Origin: Ascidiella aspersa
Lineage: Eukaryota
Direction: 5' to 3'
Assembly: GCA_963924565.1 (NCBI GenBank)
Contig: OZ004613.1
Coordinates: forward strand, 18,104,001-18,168,000
DNA length: 64,000 nucleotides
Shown: piece by piece, positions 42,001-51,000 of the stretch
Layout: the number at the start of each line of letters is the position of its first letter
Numbering within the stretch: position 1 is the stretch's first letter
Translations under genes and position numbers: made by a program
Notes under the pieces: generated by a model
Database searches by the model: none
What the model was told of the DNA's origin: nothing
Seen by the model: the letters and a program-made list of their open reading frames with translations, nothing else

Positions 42001-45000
42001 TCAGGGAGGAGAGAATGCACCTGGCAGAACGAATCATTCTTTCCCACGCTCCTCCCATGTGGCTGGCGCAAGGTGGATTAAATGTCCATTGAATTTCCTT
42101 CTATTTCAGGTATTGTTCGATATGCATCTGATTCCAGCCTCGGGTGCCTTGTCGGAGTTCTTGTTCAGCTCCGACCAAGTTGGTTCCGTTGTCCGAGTAC
42201 ATGTGCAGCACATCACCACGCCGAGCAACGAAGCGGCAAAACGCATTTATAAAGACGTTAGTACTGAAATCAAATGCAACCTTGAGGTGAACTGCGCGTG
42301 TGGTCAGGCATGTAAACAAGCATCCGTACCTTTTTACTTCGCTGCGTCCTCTTTTGATAAGCAGCGGTCCAAAATAGTCCACTACAGTGTATGCGAAAGG
42401 ATGAAAATTCATCTGTAGACGAGCAGGAGGCAAGTCGGAAATCATTTGACCTGCAGGCTCAGCATGACGGCGACGACACTTCAAACATTTAGTTAAGACG
42501 CGACGAATCGCGACAGTGCCCTTCACAATCCAAAAACGCTGATTTAGCAAGTTAAGCGTGTGATTCAATCCGGAGTGACCTGATCTCTCGTGGAAGTGAA
42601 CGATGATCATATCCGTCAGTAACGAATTATGAGGTAGTATGGCTGGATGACGTGCTTCGTATGCAATTGGTTCCTTCTCTAGGCGGCCCCCGACTCGGAG
42701 AAACCCATCCGCCAAAATTGGATCCAGTCGGAACATTGGTGACGCCCTTGGTATCCTTGTGAGTTTATCTTGTCCAGAAATTCCAATTATCCATTGGGCG
42801 AAATGACTCCGTTGCTCATACTTAACCAACTCCATTTCCGCATTTTTTAACTCATCGACCATTTTCCGCATTTTTTAACTCATCGACCGTCAATGACGAA
42901 CACGGCGCGTTGTAAGCAATTTTCCGGACCCTTGCCAATAGATAGGACTTATAGCATCCACGACACTGCGCACTTTAACTTATACAGGGACGAAAATCTT
43001 TCCAACAGCAGATTTGTTGGGGAATCCACCACGACAGTAAATACCCCAGTAGGTTTCTTTTCAAATACGGCTAGGTCAACACTTGGATGGCTGGTTTCAA
43101 ACAATTTCGGCCAATTTTCGGGCCCTTCCTTTAGAAATGCTGGTGCAGAGAACCACAAATCAGAATGAGCGAGTACGTCGGCGGTTGCGCCTCGCGACGC
43201 CAAGTCAGCGGGATTTAGTTTGGTTGGTACATGCTTCCAGTTGCGTGTACATGTGCATTTTTCGATGAAGGCGAGGCGGCGCGACACAAATAGTGGAAAT
43301 CGAAGCCTGTCGTTTTGAATACTTTGTAAAATCACAGATGAATCCGTCCAAAATATTGATGGACGCAAATCTAGGGCAAGTTCCTTTCTTACGGTCTGCT
43401 CCAATTTTACAGCTGCTACGGCAGCCATCAGTTCCAATCTGGGTATAGAAATCTCTTCCTGCAGGACCAATCTCGATTTGCTCATCACCAGGCTGCACGT
43501 TACTTGGTTATCCTCACTGACCGAACGCAAGTAACACACAGCACCGTATACTTCCTTTGATGCGTCGGCGAACACGTGAAGCTGGCTCCTCTGTATGTTG
43601 TCGTAAGCATGCAAGTGAACATTCCGGCATTAACAACAGAAACAGATGTAAGGCAATCATCCACGTAAAAATGTCCTACAGAGGGATACAGGCTTGTAAC
43701 GATTGGCTCAAATTCGCCAAGTCACTAGCAGCTTGCCTTAAACAAAACGCAGCACAACTGGGAGAAGAAGTTGCACCAAAGAGGTGTACCTTCATTCTGT
43801 AGGGCGTTGGCTCAAGGGACATATCCCCTTCGGGCCACCATAAAAAAACGTAAGCAGTTGCGATCGCGCGGAGCAACACCAACTTGGTAAAACATAGCTT
43901 CAACATCAGCCACTAGGGCAATTGTTTCCTTACGAAAGCGGAGCAATACGCCGACTAGGCTATTCACTAGATCGGGGCCCTGCATCAACGATTGATTTAG
44001 CGACACACCGTGATAATGAGCGGCGCAATCAAAAACGATACGTAATTTTCCTGGCTTGTTTGGATTCAGAACGCCATGGTGGGGAATGTACCAGACGCGA
44101 CCCTTTGCGGACGATTCTTCTTCTGGCACCTCTTCAGCATAACCCTTGTCAATCGCAGCCTGCATCTGCTCAGCGTATTTTGTTCTCATAGCGTTATCTT
44201 TAGTCAGACGCGCGTTCGAGGCAGCCAAGTCGCTTCTTTGCCATTTTCAGATTGTCGGGCATGATTTGGTGATCATGCCGCCAGGGTAGTGGCAACTGAT
44301 AGTGCCCATCGACAAATTCCACAGAATCTTTCATTAAACGATGCGTTCTTCTGTCTTCGGTAGAGAGTGCCGTTCCAAGATTCTCAACCTCCTCATCAGT
44401 AGGTAGCAGATCACTCTCGTTACTTAAAAACATAGCGTTCGCTGTTTCAACGGCAGAAATATAGTTGGTACAGGCATTATAATCTGTTGAATCGAAATTG
44501 CTACCGAGTAACGACCAGCCGAGCAGTGTCTTCACGGCATCTGGACAGGATCCACTTCCGGGACGAATGGACTTCACTTTGTGAGCTACTGAAACATTAG
44601 CTCCTATTAGAAGGGTGACGGTTCCCCCGGGAATGCTGGTTAATTGTAAATTTCGAAGTGAACGATGTGCCTTTAACGTCTGCGAAGTAGGAACCGCGTT
44701 CGGTGTCACTGGGATTTTATCAACAACGACGACCTCATTGAGGTCGATTGGTTCTCCGCCCTTTAGCGGTTCCACCGAAACAGAAATAGCAATGGTGTCC
44801 AACCGACGTGGCGTCGTCAGGGTATTCAACAAGATCTGTTTGGGCTTGCCGGATGCACCAAGCTTGTCCACAAGTTTACGTTCGCAAAACGTAGTCGTGG
44901 AACCTTGGTCCAAAAATGCGTAGGTGTTGATTGCTGTGTCCCCATATCGCACAACGACAGGAACGACATTCAGGAGGACATTAGAGGCGTTTATGCTCGC

Positions 45001-48000
45001 GCTATATTCCTGTATCTCGGCGAACGCCTTTCTTCCATCAGAATTAGCAGTAAATCTTGGCCGGTAGTTCGAGTTGTGTAAAAGAGAGTGGTGAAGTGTT
45101 GCTGAGCAATCTTTTACGCTACAGCTGTCTTTAGCATTGCACTCGTTGGCCAAGTGACCACTTTTGAGACACCTAAAACACAAGCCCTTGTTTCTCACGT
45201 AGGTCATTTTCTTAAAATCAGAGCAATTTTCAAGGTCATGAGCATCTGAGCATAATGCACACCTAGCGGAAATAGAAACAGAAGTTACGGTGTTGTGAGT
45301 CGTCGCCTTGACTCAGCGATTAGTAGGCTTGCTATCCTCTTTGGACGGAAAAAGGGCCTTTCCAAATATTGAGTTCGCCTGTATTCTTTCTTGTCCAACA
45401 CATTCGGACGCAAAGTTTGCTCTTTTTCCGGTTTTCTCTTCTATGTCGGTTGACCTGATTATCCATTTCTTACGGAGGAACACAGGAAGCTTTCTTGCCA
45501 CGGTTAGCATTACATCCATTGAGTCCACGCAAGATGCATACTTTATATCGTGCAAAGAGGTGCAGCACTTGTCCAAGAGAACCAATAGCTTCATCAAACC
45601 ATCAGGGTCCTCTGCCTCTATCGCTGGAGTTTCCTTCAATAGTCGTTCACAACGCTGTGCTATTACATGCGGTCGGCCATAAATTTCATGCAAAGTTTGC
45701 CATGCAAGCCTGTATCCCTCTGTAGGTTCCTTAGCATTAAAGCCCCAACCTCTCGCAAATGTGCGGTTCGCAGTGCTGAAGCAGAAACAATAAACGCATG
45801 TCATCGCTTTGTGCCTTTTTAGCAATATATAAATCAAACTGGCGAACAAACGACCAGTAGTTCATCGGATCACCGTCGAATTTCTTTACAACAGGTCTAG
45901 GCAGAAAGCGTTCACCTATTTTCGGGAAGTCGTATTCTGTTGGTCGTGGTAGTAAGTTTCTATTTATCTGGACAACTTGTTTGGAAAGTGTTGGAGAAAG
46001 TTTGGGAGGCCATGAATCGTAACCACTTACAAGTGGGGTCACTGCGGTGTCAGTGACAGTTGCTGGTAGGCGTTCTATCAACGGTTTACTGACCTGTGGT
46101 TCCGGAAACTTTATCTGCGCGCGGTGAGCATGGGAGGCATCCGGCGGCGGTGGGGTACAATATGAAGACTCCTCGTCCCAGGCGTCCGCTTCGGCCTCGG
46201 CCATCTCGAGTTGTCGTTGCTTTTCATTGGCGTTTCGACAAGCTTCCTCTTTTAGCCGTCGCACTTCTTCTTCTGCTTCGCGCTGCAGTTTGGCAACATC
46301 TTCTTCCGCATCACGTTGAGCTTTCGCGGCTGCTTCCTCTGCAGCACGTTGAGCTTCTTCTGTCGCGCGTTGAGCCTTTGCTCTAAGATGTCTAGCCTTT
46401 TCAGCTGCATCAGTCGCAACCTCTCAACTGTGTCCTCAGCTTGGCGTAAGTTTGCTGTCTCCCGATCATTCGCCAGCCGTGCAAGCTTTAACTTTACTCG
46501 ACTACGCCGTATCTCACTTTTTATTGAGCTCGAGGTGGAAATTCGGCTTGAGTGAACGGAAATCTGATCTTCAGGTACAGACAAGTTTTGAACAGGTGGC
46601 AAAGAATGGGCCTTTTCAAGACTGGCAAACCATTGCTTTACCCTTTGAACGAATTCTAGCTTTTCCCGACGGCAGTCACCCTTGTGGGACACCGTCTCCG
46701 GCAAATTGTCCGTTTCCGACATGGCATCGCATAGATCCATGAAAACGTCAAATTCCGAGTCCAGTTTTGGAAGAAAACTACGGAGCGGAATAGCGCCCTC
46801 AGGTTTAATCATCAAAGTTTCGGCACGCAAGTAGCTGGCTTGCAGTGCCTTCATTGCGGCAACAATTGCTATCTTGTCGACAGACTTGATGAGTATAAGG
46901 TTTTGAAACGATGTAACGCGGCCTGTTTTGGAAGTGGCTAGGTTCCTAGTTGCGTCACACGCTGCCTCTGCTTTCAAGGTTTAATACCGATCATAATCGA
47001 AGTTTCCACGGAAAACGTAAAACCTCAAACGAATTACTTTATTTTCAGTGAAGTAATCACCAACAGTTTCAAAACCGTGACGTATAGCCCACAGTGGCAG
47101 CGCAACAAGCTGTGAAAACATAATTATCATTAGCACAACGCAACATTATGACGTCACAATGTACAATTCAACTCCCCAAAAACGTGGAAGGAAAATAACG
47201 AAACAGTACCAAGAGTTTGGTCAACAAAACTTTAAAGTTCAAACTGAAAATAAATCACAAATTCAGTTTAACTAAGTCACTTACGTAGCAACCAAGAATT
47301 AGTAAATTCTGCAGTATGCAAATACAGATAATTTAATAAACTTATCTTGATGGTTTGCTTTTACTTAAACACCTTTAAATATACATTTACCAGTCACCAA
47401 CAAGCAAAATAACTTTTAACGAATTCAACTGAAACAGCCTACAAAAATGACGAAACAAAATGATATAGTATCACGATGCGCAACCATGCGTCACATGTAA
47501 TATTATAACAATAGGGGAGCGTGGAGAAATTACATAGACTATATACTCTCTATAAAGAGTTTCTGTAAGCATGAGTTCCAGAGACATGAACAACTGGATT
47601 TATTTTAGTTTTTAAAATAGATTAGAATTAAAATTAGAAAGTTTTAGTTTTTTTCGAAGTTAGATCATTTTACTTTTCTCAAATTAGATTAGGACTAGTG
47701 TAGGATGTCTAATTGCTTTTGCACTCATGACTCACGTGCTATACCGGTATGACGTCTGTATATGTGTGACAGATTTATCGTCCTAGTCTTACATGCTAAT
47801 AAACATTTTCTCGTGATCATCTCTCTGCTGTCATCATTTGATCGTGTGAATATACGATGCGCATTCCGCTCAAAAGGTAACCTTCTTAAATATCGGCTTG
47901 CGTACTGAAACTGCGCTGATATTTGCAAGTGGCATCTGCCTTATACTAACTTGCTCCGCTGATCTATAGTTTGAAACTGGTTGTTTGTTTTATCAACCAA

Positions 48001-51000
48001 TACAATACTCACCCTACACTATAATTACTACATTCATGAAAACCAGAATATAAACTAAAATTTGAACTAGAATTACACTGTTTACAATTGATTAAGTTTA
48101 CATAAAAATTGATTGTCATAAGAATGTAAATAGTAAATATTTGTAAGCTAATTTGTATGCGTTTCAGCACAGCCTATGCTTTTGTAACGATCGAATAAAA
48201 CGTTTTAATTTAAATTACTTTTTGCGACTGAGAGACTAAAATTGCCGCTGGGACATACGAGTATATTTGGTAAAATGTAATATATGCATGGCTCGTATAA
48301 ATGCAAAGATGTGTTTAAAAACATGTTTCGCTGTATAAAATTTTTATTTTTCGGTTGTGTTTTGGGTGCTATGCGGATAACAACCCAGTTTGTTTTTTAG
48401 GAGGTGAATAGTTTTAGGAGGTGAAATGGTTTAGCAACTTTAGAACAAAAGTTGTAATAAATTAGCCGAAATAGGTCAATTAAAGCTATGTCTAATTAGT
48501 TTGTTGCATATAGGCTATGCAACACGTGGCATTAAAGAGTTAAGCAAAGAATTGCTTGTCGCATCTAAGATAGATAGGTAGACAGATAATATTTTATTCG
48601 GAACATTGAACGAACTTATCGACGAAATTAATATTTGACGTTCCCAGGGGCAGCGAAAAACCGTAAGGTTCGAGTCTGCCCCTGGTTTAGATTCAAATCA
48701 TAATTTAAAATTACATTTACACACAGCCACACACCTGAGTTAGGGTATCAATTAACAAACGCCTTGCATCAAAAACTAGGAAAATTTTATTAATTTACCT
48801 TTAATGGCTACTGCAATAGTCATCTATTTTGGTGCATGCATTTTGGTAATACTGTAGAACTGAAAAAACGGTGAATGAAGCCGTTTTAACAACTTTTAGC
48901 TGTCTAAAATTAGTTTTGGGTGACATTTTTTAATCGAAACAGATAAAACCTGTTCCAATTATATGGAGTCTAGCCATAAGACCTATATAAGAACAACATC
49001 AACGTCGGAATAAAACACAGTTCGCAATAACACTAAAATAAAACCTCCACCTGATAGTCGTAATAGCGTCGAAATCAGAAGAAGTCCTTAATCCGTCGGA
49101 ATAAGACCTAAATGGCCAGAATCAGGCCAAAACAATTTACCTAACCACAAACCCCAACCCAAGTACATTACTATAACTTCTCTAATAATTTTAACCCTTA
49201 CCCAAACAGGGCGATCCGGTCCCGGCGGCTCCCTGACGCCCCGGCGCCGCCGGCCAACTAGGGCGTCCAAACGTCAACCACAACGGCCGACATCAGACCG
49301 ATGGCCCTTGATCACCCCATACCCTCTACCCACAGTTCTGGGCATTATTTTGTCCATTTAGGCGTCATAATTTAGAATGTATTCCGACAGGTTTAGGACT
49401 TGTTCAGACGATTCAGGTTTAGAACTTAAATCGATTATTACGGCATTACGAATATTAGGTAATAGTCCTATTTTGGTTTTATTCCGAATTTTGTTTTATT
49501 TCGACGTTGATGCAGCATGTTGATAACTATGTTGAAGTTATTATTTCGAACACTTAAAAAACAGGTAGATGGCAAAACAATCTTAGTATACTGATGTAAA
49601 ACTTTTTTTTTTGATTTTTTTTTGAAGTAATTTTATTTTGAATAGCATTTAATTGCACATGTTCACACTTCACGGTACAAACAATGTTAGAACTTTGTTA
49701 TATTATCATGCTAATTTTACGCAATATATTTCTTCTATTAATATACTTTTTAATTTTTTCTGAAGGTCGTAATTACAAAGAAGAATTTTTTAGAGAATAT
49801 TGTTCGCCTCTTGAACCATGCAGCTCAACGAAAATGGTCTAGTTGGTCATCCAAAAAATTAGGACGAAGTTACCTAGAAGTTTCTCCTACCTCAGTTGTT
49901 TCAGTATATTCTCCGGTTTATAACACTATTTGTAAGTAAAGGTTTTTTTTTTATATTACACCGAGTAAAAATGTTTTTGGCACAAAGTATGGTAGCCTAG
50001 TCGTTTTCAAATATTTCGAGCCGACCTTCATATTTAATGCTTGAAACCAAAATTGTTCTCTAGTGTTATATTTATTACAAAAGTTAATTGAACCTAATTT
50101 GATATTTTTAATCCACAACCAGCCGCAATATATAGTAATGATACATAATGATGCATAATTAAATAACGACCCGAGTTAGGTCACTGCGGTACACTGTTGT
50201 GCCGTGCGGGTGCGATGAAGTTAGATGTGCCGGAGATGTTATTTTGGAGAAATCCGGCAGTTATCCCACGGCGATCTGCTATAATAAAGTAAAAATGATA
50301 TAGGGCCTAACAAAGCAATTGTAAGAAAGCGTGATTATTTTGTCGTTGTTAAAGTTAAAAAGTTTTTAATTTTAATTCACCTGAAGACTTCATAGTTCAA
50401 CTGTTCGTGTTTTGTGAAAAAGGCGGACCATTAGCCTAGCCCTAGATCAGGGATGGCGAACCTTTTCGTCGCGCGGGTCACAAACGCAATCTCAATCCTT
50501 GCAAAATGCACAAGTGGGTCATTATATTGTAATATATGCTAATTTGATGCAAAACTTTGCTGCTGCGTTGTTGTAAGTGGTATTGTCTTGGGTTGGTAAT
50601 TCAAGGTTTTTGGGCGATTTCCAAATTCGGTTTCACACGAAAATTAAGAAACTAAATTGATGACAAATGCTGAAGCATTTTTTATAGGAATACAGGAGTT
50701 CAGCACAAAGATTTTCAGTATGGTTTAACCAGGGTTTTTAGAATTTTTAGTCTGCGATTTCTTAAGTTCCCTAAAATTATCGCCACCTACGTTTTACAGC
50801 GATAAACGAAATGCTTTTAGTTTTCTGCTCTTCTGCACGCATTTGTTAAAGTGCAGTTATTCTACTAGGCCTACTGGTCACCCTTAAAATAATTTTGCGC
50901 GACCCACAGATTGGGCATCCCTGATTTAAACAGTATACTTCTTTTTAACGATTTTTTTATATTTATCCTTTCCTTACAATGATTGACAACATTTCGATAT

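Larger units (their letters stand above)
40646..47534 (-). mobile_element. BEL/Pao LTR retrotransposon, both LTRs present, defective
   Basis: TG...CA LTRs; 5-bp TSD TAGAC (40641-40645, 47535-47539); polypurine tract adjacent to 41354; gag-PR-RT-RH-INT order with Pao-type motifs. Confidence 0.95.

Noticed and set aside
41410-46742. Multiple + strand ORFs of 60-150 aa
   Set aside because: Antisense shadows of the GC-richer BEL/Pao gag-pol.
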